Part shown: positions 1 through 9,274 of the stretch, piece after piece
Numbering within the stretch: the stretch's first letter is position 1
Layout of the letters: each line of letters opens with the position of its first letter
Origin: Deferribacterales bacterium
Lineage (GTDB): Bacteria; Chrysiogenota; Deferribacteres; Deferribacterales; Geovibrionaceae
Assembly: GCA_050253075.1 (NCBI GenBank)
Contig: JBFWJS010000001.1
Coordinates: forward strand, 96,001 to 160,000
Reading direction: 5' to 3'
DNA length: 64,000 nt
Translations under genes and position numbers: made by a program
Notes under the pieces: model-generated
Database searches by the model: none
Told to the model about the DNA's origin: nothing
Seen by the model: the letters and a program-made list of their open reading frames with translations, nothing else

Positions 1-567
1 AGACCTCAGATGTCCACAGTGCGTCCGCACGTTATGGATATGCCTGAGATCCAGTGCGACAGAACAGGCGAGATCATCGAAGAATCTTCAACAGTAAAGG
101 AAGAGAACATCTTCACCAAAGTGCTGGAGATCATCAAGGACAAAGGCCACGCAAACGAAGAGGACATCGCAGGAGCAGAGATCATCGTATCCGGCGGAAG
201 GGGCATGATGAATGCCGAAAACTTCAAGATCCTTCAGGAGCTGGCAGACGAGATAGGCGGAACAGTAGGCGCATCCAGAATGGCTGTCGATGCCGGATGG
301 AAGCCTCACACACGCCAAGTCGGACAGACAGGTAAAACAGTAAGACCAAAGATATATATAGCCTGCGGTATCTCGGGAGCCATTCAGCACCTTGTGGGTA
401 TGCAGGACTCGGATGTTGTCATCGCTATCAACAGAGATAAGGAAGCACCTATCTTTGAAGTAGCTACATACGGCATAGTGGGAGACCTCTTTGAGATAGT
501 CCCTGCTCTGACCAAGATAGTAAGAGAGATGAAAAGTGAGAAAGCGAGGTCAACAGTATGCATGTAA
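1..567 (+). CDS. etfA: Electron transfer flavoprotein alpha subunit (5'-truncated by window edge)
   Basis: ETF-alpha FAD-binding motifs [39 protein letters not shown]; frame is open to position 1. Confidence 0.93.
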   Translation, partial: RPQMSTVRPHVMDMPEIQCDRTGEIIEESSTVKEENIFTKVLEIIKDKGHANEEDIAGAEIIVSGGRGMMNAENFKILQELADEIGGTVGASRMAVDAGWKPHTRQVGQTGKTVRPKIYIACGISGAIQHLVGMQDSDVVIAINRDKEAPIFEVATYGIVGDLFEIVPALTKIVREMKSEKARSTVCM

Positions 568-2492
568 ATAACACCCTATTCACAATAGTTTTTGCAGCTG
601 CCATGCTGTTTTTCGCATACAGCTGTTATGTTAAATTCGGTCTGGTCGCCCTCGGCGCATCAGATAAAAGAAGCGGAAGCCTCGGCAATATGTTCAAGGA
701 CGCCATCGGTCAGACAAGGGTTATAGCGGGACCTTTCGGTATAAACCACGCAATGCTCTTCTGGTCATTCCTCGTTCTCGTACTGCTGAATGCTGAATTC
801 CTGCTCGGCGGGCTCATCCCCGGCGTGTCTTTCAGCGTTCTGCCGAAGGGGCTTTATGCAGTACTCTTTAACATATTCGACGCAGTATCCGTGCTGGTTC
901 TCATCGCAGTGATAGCTGCCATGACCAGAAAGATAGTGGCACCTCCATACCCTGAATCGCGCACTTTCGAGGCATTCTTTATCCTCGGTATGATAGGTAC
1001 GCTGATGGTGGCATACTTCTTCCTTCACGGAGCAGAGATAGCATCAGGACACGCTCCTGCCGGCAGTTTTATATCCGGCATGGTGGCAGCAGGTCTCGCA
1101 GGTGCATCACCCGAATATGTACAGTCATTCTACGCCTCTTCATGGTGGGTGCACGCCGTAGTGCTCCTCGTGTTTATGAACTTCCTGCCTTACAGCAAGC
1201 ACATGCACGTTATCACCGCTCTGCCGAACGTTTTCTTCAGAGCAACTTCAAAGCCTCTCCTTATGGAGCGTGAAGTATATGAAGTCGGCAACACATACGG
1301 CGCAGGCAAGGTCACAGACCTTTCATGGAAAGACCTCCTCGACAGCTTCACGTGCACCGAGTGCGGACGCTGTCAGGACAACTGCCCAGCTAACCTCACA
1401 GACAAACCTCTCAACCCGAGAGAGATGATACACCTTATAAAAGAGAACCTGAACGGCAACGGCAAAGGGCTCAAGACAGGCGACGTGAAGATACCACTCA
1501 TCGGCGACGGCGAACACTCCGTATCCGAAGATACTATCTGGTCCTGCGTCACATGCGGTGCATGCATGGCTGCCTGCCCTGTGTTCATCGAGCACGTGCC
1601 AAAGCTCATCAAGATGCGCCGTAAGCTCGTGGAGATGGACGCCCAGTTCCCCGATGAACTTCTCAACCTGTTCGAAAACCTCGAGCAGAGAAGCAATCCG
1701 TGGGGCATCGCACCGTCCGACAGAGTTAAATGGTACAGCATGCTCGACCTGAAAGACTACAGCGACGAGACAGAATATCTGCTCTATGTCGGCTGTGCGG
1801 GAGCATTCGATTCCAGAAGCAAGCAGATATCCATAGCTCTCACACAGGTGCTCGATGCTGCGGGTGTTTCATACGGCATCCTCGGCAAAGACGAGCTCTG
1901 CTGCGGCGACTCCGCCAGAAGGCTCGGAAACGAATACCTCTTTGAGCAGATGGCTAATAAAAACGTCGAGATGTTCAAAGCTAAAGGCGTTAAAAAGATC
2001 ATTACACAGTGCCCGCACTGCTTCACTACTCTGAAAAATGACTATAAGCAGTTCGGCATAGAGCTTGAGGTCATCCACCACAGCGAGATGATAAGCAAGC
2101 TGATAAAAGACGGCAAGATCAAGCTGGATGCTAAATCCGCTGAGAAGGTCGTGTTCCATGATTCCTGCTACCTCGGCAGGCACAACGACGTGTACGAAGC
2201 ACCGAGAGACGTCATCAGAAGCACAGGCGCAACAGTGCTGGAGATGGACAGAAACATGGACAAATCTTTCTGCTGCGGTGCAGGCGGCGGACGTATGTGG
2301 ATGGAGGAAGACCTCGGCACACGTATCAACGTGAGCAGGGTCGAGCAGGCGATCGAGACAAACCCTGACTCTATCTGTGTATCATGCCCATACTGCATGA
2401 CAATGTTTCAGGACGGTCTGAAGGATGTCGGCAAGGAAGAGATAAGAGTGAACGACATAGCAGAGCTCACAGCCCTCGCAATGGTCAAGTAG
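558..2492 (+). CDS. Membrane-anchored heterodisulfide-reductase-like Fe-S oxidoreductase (FadF / ETF:quinone oxidoreductase type)
   Basis: N-terminal TM helices with His residues, two CxxCxxCxxxCP motifs, two CCG domains ([14 protein letters not shown]); overlaps etfA. Confidence 0.88.
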   Translation: MHVNNTLFTIVFAAAMLFFAYSCYVKFGLVALGASDKRSGSLGNMFKDAIGQTRVIAGPFGINHAMLFWSFLVLVLLNAEFLLGGLIPGVSFSVLPKGLYAVLFNIFDAVSVLVLIAVIAAMTRKIVAPPYPESRTFEAFFILGMIGTLMVAYFFLHGAEIASGHAPAGSFISGMVAAGLAGASPEYVQSFYASSWWVHAVVLLVFMNFLPYSKHMHVITALPNVFFRATSKPLLMEREVYEVGNTYGAGKVTDLSWKDLLDSFTCTECGRCQDNCPANLTDKPLNPREMIHLIKENLNGNGKGLKTGDVKIPLIGDGEHSVSEDTIWSCVTCGACMAACPVFIEHVPKLIKMRRKLVEMDAQFPDELLNLFENLEQRSNPWGIAPSDRVKWYSMLDLKDYSDETEYLLYVGCAGAFDSRSKQISIALTQVLDAAGVSYGILGKDELCCGDSARRLGNEYLFEQMANKNVEMFKAKGVKKIITQCPHCFTTLKNDYKQFGIELEVIHHSEMISKLIKDGKIKLDAKSAEKVVFHDSCYLGRHNDVYEAPRDVIRSTGATVLEMDRNMDKSFCCGAGGGRMWMEEDLGTRINVSRVEQAIETNPDSICVSCPYCMTMFQDGLKDVGKEEIRVNDIAELTALAMVK

Positions 2493-2515
2493 CACTAGTA
2501 AACTTATAAAAAATT

Positions 2516-2543
2516 AAGCCCGCTTGAAAGAGCGGGCTTTTTT
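2516..2543 (+). terminator. Intrinsic terminator, probably bidirectional
   Basis: aagcccgct-tgaaag-agcgggctt followed by T run, between convergent genes. Confidence 0.85.
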
Positions 2544-2593
2544 ATTATCTAAACGGCTTGTTTCAGGCCTTGACCCTCAAAGCCGAAATTGGT

Positions 2594-3190
2594 TCACGAA
2601 GTAACCTTGTGTTTGAAAGCCAGCGCAAGGGCGACTCTGTCCCTCAGCCCTGTCTTGTTGAATATAGATGTCATGTGCGCTTTTACGGTGCGCACTGTTA
2701 TATCTGCTTTTTCTGCGATCTCAGCGTTTGTCTTCCCCTCGGATACAAGATATGCGACCTCCAGCTCCCTTTCGGTCAGCTGAGATATATCCACATTCTC
2801 TTCATCCGCTTCTGTGTCTGGCACAGACATAATGATCCGGCTGAGTATATCAGGCGGCATCCAGACCTGTCCGCTGCGCAGTGTCTCCACTGCCTGTTTC
2901 ATATTGCCGGGACGCATCATCCTGTTTCCGTAGCCTTTCACGCCATAGCGGAAATAACGGACGCACTCCGCCGCAGAAGGCACAGAGGCAAGGATAAGCA
3001 CCTCAGACGCCAGTTTTGTCACATCAAAAGCCTCAGCCGTGGCAGTATCCACCACAACCACATCACCTGCCGAAGGCTCTTTGAACGCCCTCAGCTCCTC
3101 ATAGCTTTTAAAAGCATGGGTCTTTTCCTCAAACGCCGACATAAAACGTTCAATAATAAATTTGTCGGCACTCAATAATATGACCATCAT
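2594..3190 (-). CDS. LuxR/NarL-family response regulator, last gene of the lap cluster
   Basis: C-terminal LTERELEV...GKTNAEIA...TVKAHM LuxR HTH; receiver-like N-terminus; 4-nt overlap with lapC. Confidence 0.88.
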   Translation of the reverse strand: MMVILLSADKFIIERFMSAFEEKTHAFKSYEELRAFKEPSAGDVVVVDTATAEAFDVTKLASEVLILASVPSAAECVRYFRYGVKGYGNRMMRPGNMKQAVETLRSGQVWMPPDILSRIIMSVPDTEADEENVDISQLTERELEVAYLVSEGKTNAEIAEKADITVRTVKAHMTSIFNKTGLRDRVALALAFKHKVTS

Positions 3191-4527
3191 CTCTCCCTGA
3201 GAGCGTTGTACTTCGCCCTCAAAATAGGCTTCATCAGATACTGCATAACGGTCTTCTTACCGGTCACGATGTCCGCCATAACCGTCATACCCACGATGAT
3301 CTCCTTCTTATTGTCCTCCTCCCCGAGGTAGTTCTTATCCGTTTTAATACGGACAAGATAATAGTGCTCACGCTTCTCGTCCACTATGGTGTCGGCACTG
3401 ATATGCACGACCTCACCCTCCAGACCGCCGTAAATGGCATAGTCATATGCGGTGAGCTTCACCACGGCTTTCAGACCGGGGTATATGAACGCAATGTCCG
3501 AAGGCTTTATCTTCGCCTCCACAAGCAGTCTGTCGTCGTCGGGAACGATCTCGAGGATGTCCATCCCCGGCTTTACGACACCGCCTATGGTATTGACCAG
3601 AAGCTGATTCACCGTACCGTCAACGGGCGATCTGACCTGTGCTCTGTTCACACGGTCCTCTATGGCGACCTGTGTGGTGCTGACCCTTTTCAGCTCAGCC
3701 AGAGTCTTGTTCAGCTCTTCCTGTGCGGCACTTTTATATTTTGCCACTGCCTCGGCTATCATGCTCTTCGCCTCGGTTATCTTCGATGCGATAGTAGTCA
3801 GCGCTTTGGTCAGCGACTCGATCTCTGTTTTATTCTCTATCTCTTTCTGCTGCAGCTGAAGCCACTCCACCTCGGAGATGAGCCCCCTGTTGAATAGCGG
3901 CTGCGTCAGTTTGATCTCTTTTTGTATCAGTTCACGGCTGTCTTTCAGGTTTTTCAGCTTTGTTTCGGCATCGGTAAGCTCTATCTCACGCTGTCTGTGA
4001 CGCTGTGTGAGAGCACCCAGCTCGCTGTTCAGCCTCTCTTTATTTGTGGCAAACAGTCTGCGCTCCTCCTGTACCAGCTCAGGAAAATTTGCTGCGACAT
4101 CAGGGTCAGGGTTGAAATCCTTCCCTTCTGATTCTGCACGCAGTCTTGAAAGTTTTGCCCTCAGCTCGTCCTCTTTCGATTTACTCTCTTCGAATGAAGA
4201 GCCGAAGCCTGTGTCATCTATGGTGAGAAGCACCTGCCCCTTTTTCACATGCTGACCTTCGGATACGAGGATATCTTCGACAATACCCCCTTCGAGGTTT
4301 TGTATTATCTGTATCTGGCGTGAGGGGATAACACGCCCCATGCCTCGGGTCATCTCGTCCACTTCTGCTATGTTTGCCCAGATGATAAACGCAAATGTAA
4401 GCCCGGCTATGATATAGAGCACGATGGACATCTTCACGGGGCTCTTCTGCAGAACCGCCGCATTCAGACTTTTCATGAACTCTATGTCTCTGTTTGAGAT
4501 CCTTTTCTCTTTTCCGTTCTTTCTCAT
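3187..4527 (-). CDS. lapC: HlyD-family type I secretion periplasmic adaptor
   Basis: Single TM, IQNLEGGIV and RSPVDGTV lipoyl-like halves, coiled coil, KPSDIAFI; position in the lap operon. Confidence 0.9.
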   Translation of the reverse strand: MRKNGKEKRISNRDIEFMKSLNAAVLQKSPVKMSIVLYIIAGLTFAFIIWANIAEVDEMTRGMGRVIPSRQIQIIQNLEGGIVEDILVSEGQHVKKGQVLLTIDDTGFGSSFEESKSKEDELRAKLSRLRAESEGKDFNPDPDVAANFPELVQEERRLFATNKERLNSELGALTQRHRQREIELTDAETKLKNLKDSRELIQKEIKLTQPLFNRGLISEVEWLQLQQKEIENKTEIESLTKALTTIASKITEAKSMIAEAVAKYKSAAQEELNKTLAELKRVSTTQVAIEDRVNRAQVRSPVDGTVNQLLVNTIGGVVKPGMDILEIVPDDDRLLVEAKIKPSDIAFIYPGLKAVVKLTAYDYAIYGGLEGEVVHISADTIVDEKREHYYLVRIKTDKNYLGEEDNKKEIIVGMTVMADIVTGKKTVMQYLMKPILRAKYNALRER

Positions 4528-6674
4528 TTGCCCTTACCCAGCTTCTGGAGTATTTCGTTCTTCGGTCCGTCCATGATAATCTTTCCGCTGTCCATAACGA
4601 TCAGCCTGTCCACTATCGCAAGGATAGACGGTTTATGTGTAACAACTATGGTAGTTTTACCCTCGGTTGCTTTTTTCAGGTTTTGTATCACCTTTGCCTC
4701 GGATGTGAAGTCCATCGAGTTGGTCGGTTCATCCATCAGTACTATTGGGCTGTCGGTCAGCATAGCTCTCGCCACTGCCACAGACTGTCTCTGTCCGCCG
4801 GAGACATTCGCTCCTCTTTCGCCAACCCAGAGATCCAGTCCCATAGGGTGTCTGTCGGTAAAGGAGTTCACATTGCCTATCTGCACGGCGTTGAGTATCG
4901 CCTCGTCGTCTGACTGAGGCGCTTTGAAAACTATGTTCTCACGCACTGTACCTGAAAAGAGTGTCACCTCCTGAGGTACGTAGCTGATGTTGTGTCTTAA
5001 ATCCGCAGGGTCCATCTGCTTTATGTCTATGCCGTCTACGAAGACTGCACCCTCTGTGGGCTCATACAGCCCCAGAATCAGCTTGCTCAGGGTGGATTTA
5101 CCCGAGCCCACCTGCCCGATGATGCCTATGCGCTCTTTCGGGTTTATCTTTAGGCTCACGCCGTCCACAGCCGTTGTGGTCTCGTCGGGATAGCTGAATG
5201 TCACGTTCTTGAACTCTATAGAGCCCTTGAATACGGGTCTGCTGAGGAAGTTCTTATGCTCGGGTCTCTCGACATCTTTCTGCATCAGGTCTTCCAGAGC
5301 CGTCAGCGATGTCTTCATCTGAGAATAGTTCGACAGAAGCGCAGCCACCTGCGACATAGGCGAAATTGTTCTGGATGAGAGGATAACCGTTGCTATCAGG
5401 CCGCCCATGGTCAGCTCGCCTTCACGTATGAGATAAACACCGACCACGACAATGGCGACGGTGGCTATCTGTGTGAAGAACGAAGATACTGTGGAAAGGG
5501 AGCTGGAGAGCATCCTCGAACGGAGGCTCTTCGTGGCGATGTCGCCCGTGCGCTCTTCCCACGCCCACTGTATGCCGCTGCTGGCGTTGAATGCTTTTAT
5601 GTTTTCAAGGTTTGAAAGGGACTCGATGAGCAGACCGTTCTTCCTTGCGGAGGATTCGTATGTACTCTCGATGCTCCTTTTCAGAGGTCCTTTGACTATC
5701 TGTCCGTATATGACGATGAAGCCTATTATCGCTATGGGAACAAGAACCAGAACGCCCGCCACGTATGATATGACCAAAAGGAATATCACTACGAAAGGCA
5801 GATCGATAAAGGCAACCAGTGCGGCGGATGAATAGAATGCACGCACACTGTCGAACTCTCTGATATTACTGGCGAAGGAACCCACAGAGCGGGGCTTCTC
5901 CTTCATCTTTATGTTCAAAGCCTGTTCGAATATCTTGGACGAGAGGATGACGTCGCTCTTCTTCGCTATCACCTCGAGGAAATATGTCCGCAGGAACTTC
6001 AGCCCGAGGTCGAAAGTGTAAACGACAAACATACCCACAGCCAGTACCCAAAGGGTATCCACTGCATTATGGGGGATGATGCGGTCGTACACGTTCATGG
6101 TGAAAAGTGGACCGACGATGACGAATATGTTCACAACAAGAGACGCAAGAAGGACATTCATATATATCCCTCTGAAACGCCATAATGTACTGAAAAACCA
6201 GCCTTTATTATGGCTCTTGTCCTCTTCGTTATCATACTCGTGTCTGTTGTCCAGATATATCTTTTTCATGAAAAAGGCATAGCCTATATATTCTTCTTCC
6301 AGCCTGTCGAGAGCTATCTCCTGTGGTACGTCGTCCACCTGAGGCACGACGATCTCCGCCCTGCCTGATTCTGTGTCTATGGATGTCAGCACGCACGCAC
6401 TGTCATTCTTTAGTATCAAAATAGCAGGGAGCACCACATGGGGGATGCTTTTCAATTTGCGCTTCACCAGACTGGTATTAAAGCCGGCTCTGGCTGCTGC
6501 ACGGCTGAAGTTCGCCTTTCCGCCCTCGGTGCTGAAAAGCTGCTGCCTCAGAGCCGAAGGATCAAGCGGCAGTCCGTGGGACAGCGCTTCTGCTGTTGCG
6601 GGTCTGTGGTTCAGCTTTGTCAGCAGAACCAGACACTGCATCAGCGGATCATTCTGTATGTTATTTCCGTCCAT
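4524..6674 (-). CDS. lapB: Type I secretion permease/ATPase with C39-like N-terminal domain
   Basis: PLFTMNVYDRI, Walker A GQVGSGKS, signature VSGGQRQ, Walker B LMDEPT. Confidence 0.92.
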   Translation of the reverse strand: MDGNNIQNDPLMQCLVLLTKLNHRPATAEALSHGLPLDPSALRQQLFSTEGGKANFSRAAARAGFNTSLVKRKLKSIPHVVLPAILILKNDSACVLTSIDTESGRAEIVVPQVDDVPQEIALDRLEEEYIGYAFFMKKIYLDNRHEYDNEEDKSHNKGWFFSTLWRFRGIYMNVLLASLVVNIFVIVGPLFTMNVYDRIIPHNAVDTLWVLAVGMFVVYTFDLGLKFLRTYFLEVIAKKSDVILSSKIFEQALNIKMKEKPRSVGSFASNIREFDSVRAFYSSAALVAFIDLPFVVIFLLVISYVAGVLVLVPIAIIGFIVIYGQIVKGPLKRSIESTYESSARKNGLLIESLSNLENIKAFNASSGIQWAWEERTGDIATKSLRSRMLSSSLSTVSSFFTQIATVAIVVVGVYLIREGELTMGGLIATVILSSRTISPMSQVAALLSNYSQMKTSLTALEDLMQKDVERPEHKNFLSRPVFKGSIEFKNVTFSYPDETTTAVDGVSLKINPKERIGIIGQVGSGKSTLSKLILGLYEPTEGAVFVDGIDIKQMDPADLRHNISYVPQEVTLFSGTVRENIVFKAPQSDDEAILNAVQIGNVNSFTDRHPMGLDLWVGERGANVSGGQRQSVAVARAMLTDSPIVLMDEPTNSMDFTSEAKVIQNLKKATEGKTTIVVTHKPSILAIVDRLIVMDSGKIIMDGPKNEILQKLGKGK

Positions 6675-6675
6675 A

Positions 6676-8607
6676 TCACTTCACCAGCGGGTTGATGCCT
6701 GCGACACCACGCCCCTGAAAATATTTTATATTATTGTCTTCCAGTTTCTTCTTCATCTCGTCGTTGTCTATCTTTGTCGCGATAAGTTTTATGCCGAGGC
6801 TGTCTGTGACAGTCTGCAGAGATTTCAGCGCACCTGTCGCTTCGCCCGATTCCGTATCTATAAGGTATTCGAAATCTACCTTAAGATAGTTCGGTTTAAG
6901 CTGCTGCAGGTTCTCCAGCGATTCCTGCGACATGGCGAATCTGTCCACGCCGAATGTAAAGCCGAGCCCCTTTATCAGACCTGCGAAGTCCATGCATATC
7001 TCCAGCTGATTCTTGATAGCACTGTCGGATATCTCGAATGTCAGCCTGCCAGAGAGATGCTTGGCGGATACCAGCAGCTTCCTGAACCATGAGAACGAAG
7101 CCCTGTCGTTCAGGAACATGTCGGTAATATTTATCGCAAGGGTGTTCTGCTCATTATCGGTGAGGAACTCCACTGTCTTTTCCAGTACGTATCTGTCGAG
7201 GTCATTCGCCAGATTAAGGTTTATCACCATAGGCATGAAGAAGCCCGCACGCTGTACGACCCCTTCCCTGTCTACCATGTTCACATATATTTCCTGATGA
7301 AGCTCCACACCGTCGGAGATAACAGGCTGAGATGTCAGCACAAATCTATCTTCCTGCAATGCAGACTCTATCATTGTTTTCCATTCCATCTTTCCGAGTA
7401 CTGCCGAGCCGTCGTCTTTGAACATCTCCACAGTGCCTGTTCCTTTACTCTTCGCCACGGATACTGCGTAGTCGACCTTAGAGAGCACCTTGCCCATCTC
7501 TTCGTCAAATCTGTATGCCGCGCCTCCTGCGAACACGTTCACCACGTGGCAGAGCTTGTCTTCGCCGCACATTACATCGGCTATCTTTTTCATGACGCTC
7601 TTCGCCATCTCTTCCGCCTGCTCGCTTTCACACGCAGGGAGTATCAGCGAAAATTCTTTTCTGTTCATAAATGCAGGAACAGCATTTGCAAGCCCCTTAG
7701 ACACGTCAAACAGGGCATCACGGCATGCGCAGTAGATGTCGTTTATCATCTTATGCCCGAACTCTGTCTCTGCCTCTTCCAGACCGTCGAATGATATCAT
7801 CACCACGACACCTGTGGATGTCTCGTCGTCGGAATCGAGGAACTGATTAAGCTGTTTTATGAAAAACTTTCTGTTGTATAGCCCCGTCTGCTGGTCTTTA
7901 TACAGCAGTTCCTGATAGCCTTTAAGGGCCTCGAGCTCTCTGCTGTAGATAGCCTGTGCTTTTGCCACCATGCTGTTCATTGTGTTCACCACCTGACGCA
8001 TCTCAGGTGTTGCGGGGATCTTCTCATTTATAATGAATTCGTTGTTTTCGATAGCTTCGGCCTGCGCTTTAACCTCGTCCAGAGGTCTGAAGATGAACTT
8101 CAGCACGAAGTATGTCGATATCTGCGCCAGAACGCCGATGATGACAAACCACATGGAGAGGAATTTGAATGAATCCCACAGTCTGATATATGAAAGCCCC
8201 GGGTGCCCCTTTACGCTGAGAGTGCCGAATATCGACCATCCACTGGATATCTGTGCATCTGCGGGGAGGTTTTCAAAGTTTACCATATTTACGAAAAACT
8301 CAGGCACGCCCTCTATCACAGGCTCCTGAGAGAGCTTTTCTATCACTTTACCTTCGGCATCCGCGAGTGATATCTCTTCGTAATATCCGCCGTCGTACAT
8401 GGCACGGATCATGGTAGTCATGGCGGCCTCGTCATCAGTAACGGTGCTGAGAGATAGCGAGAGCGAGTTTGCAGTATTCTTAGCGTTCGAGTAAAGCTGT
8501 GTGCGGACGAACTCTTTGGTGTTATCAAAATTAATCTTCAGCACTATCGCAAGCATAACTATCAGCAGGAATGCGATGAAAAGCTGTATCTGTTTGAACA
8601 ATGTCAT
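6676..8607 (-). CDS. lapD: c-di-GMP receptor with periplasmic output, HAMP, degenerate GGDEF and EAL domains
   Basis: MTLFKQ start, AxxDGGYY and GWSIFG LapD periplasmic motifs, DxxTGLYNR, no intact GGDEF or EAL motif. Confidence 0.9.
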   Translation of the reverse strand: MTLFKQIQLFIAFLLIVMLAIVLKINFDNTKEFVRTQLYSNAKNTANSLSLSLSTVTDDEAAMTTMIRAMYDGGYYEEISLADAEGKVIEKLSQEPVIEGVPEFFVNMVNFENLPADAQISSGWSIFGTLSVKGHPGLSYIRLWDSFKFLSMWFVIIGVLAQISTYFVLKFIFRPLDEVKAQAEAIENNEFIINEKIPATPEMRQVVNTMNSMVAKAQAIYSRELEALKGYQELLYKDQQTGLYNRKFFIKQLNQFLDSDDETSTGVVVMISFDGLEEAETEFGHKMINDIYCACRDALFDVSKGLANAVPAFMNRKEFSLILPACESEQAEEMAKSVMKKIADVMCGEDKLCHVVNVFAGGAAYRFDEEMGKVLSKVDYAVSVAKSKGTGTVEMFKDDGSAVLGKMEWKTMIESALQEDRFVLTSQPVISDGVELHQEIYVNMVDREGVVQRAGFFMPMVINLNLANDLDRYVLEKTVEFLTDNEQNTLAINITDMFLNDRASFSWFRKLLVSAKHLSGRLTFEISDSAIKNQLEICMDFAGLIKGLGFTFGVDRFAMSQESLENLQQLKPNYLKVDFEYLIDTESGEATGALKSLQTVTDSLGIKLIATKIDNDEMKKKLEDNNIKYFQGRGVAGINPLVK

Positions 8608-8611
8608 ACTG

Positions 8612-9271
8612 CTACCTCTTTAGTATCTCAAGGTCGACGGATTTCAGCCTGTCGACGTTTTTAGACTGTGAGGGGTCTACCCTCTTACCAAGACCTTTCT
8701 GCTTCTGCAGGAAGAGGTCATTAGCGGTGAAACTGTATATAGGCACAAGGTCATCCCGCTTTGTGGCGGGCATTATCTGTTTCACATAATTGTCGAGTAC
8801 GAAAGGGACAGTACCCGGTTTTTTATAATATGTGACAACCATATGCGCTTCATCAGCGTAGCCTTTTGCTTTTACGTATGTTAAAAAGAGCTTTTCCTGA
8901 GGCACGCCCAGCTGGAGCAGCGTAAGGAACTTTGCCACTGCATAATCCTCACAGTCGCCCTGTCCAACTCCTAAGAACTCCAGACGGCTCGCCCAGTAGT
9001 CCTTTTTACCCCATGTTTGTGTATCGGATTTGTATGGGAGCTGGTTATAAAAGGCATTAACCTGTATAACCTGCTTATCTTCTGCTTCCGCAAGAAGGCT
9101 GTCCATAAGGGTCAGAAGCCCATTGAGCCTCGTTACCGCCATGTCGCCGTACTTTCCCCCATATGCCTTCATCTCGGCTTCCGGCAGATAAAAACTGCTA
9201 TGTGCGCCGATGCAGACACTTCCGAGCAGGATCAGTAAAATAAAAGCGACTAGCCCCTTATGTTTAACCAT
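8612..9271 (-). CDS. lapG: Periplasmic transglutaminase-like cysteine protease
   Basis: Signal peptide, WGKKDYWAS, GDCEDYAVAK, AHMV, VLDN (Cys-His-Asp triad). Confidence 0.92.
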   Translation of the reverse strand: MVKHKGLVAFILLILLGSVCIGAHSSFYLPEAEMKAYGGKYGDMAVTRLNGLLTLMDSLLAEAEDKQVIQVNAFYNQLPYKSDTQTWGKKDYWASRLEFLGVGQGDCEDYAVAKFLTLLQLGVPQEKLFLTYVKAKGYADEAHMVVTYYKKPGTVPFVLDNYVKQIMPATKRDDLVPIYSFTANDLFLQKQKGLGKRVDPSQSKNVDRLKSVDLEILKR

Positions 9272-9274
9272 ATT

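Noticed and set aside
2558..3178. 206-aa + strand ORF and many similar antisense ORFs (e.g. 33095-33937, 6373-7092, 51931-52611)
   Set aside because: Shadow frames of well-supported genes on the opposite strand, with no recognisable motifs
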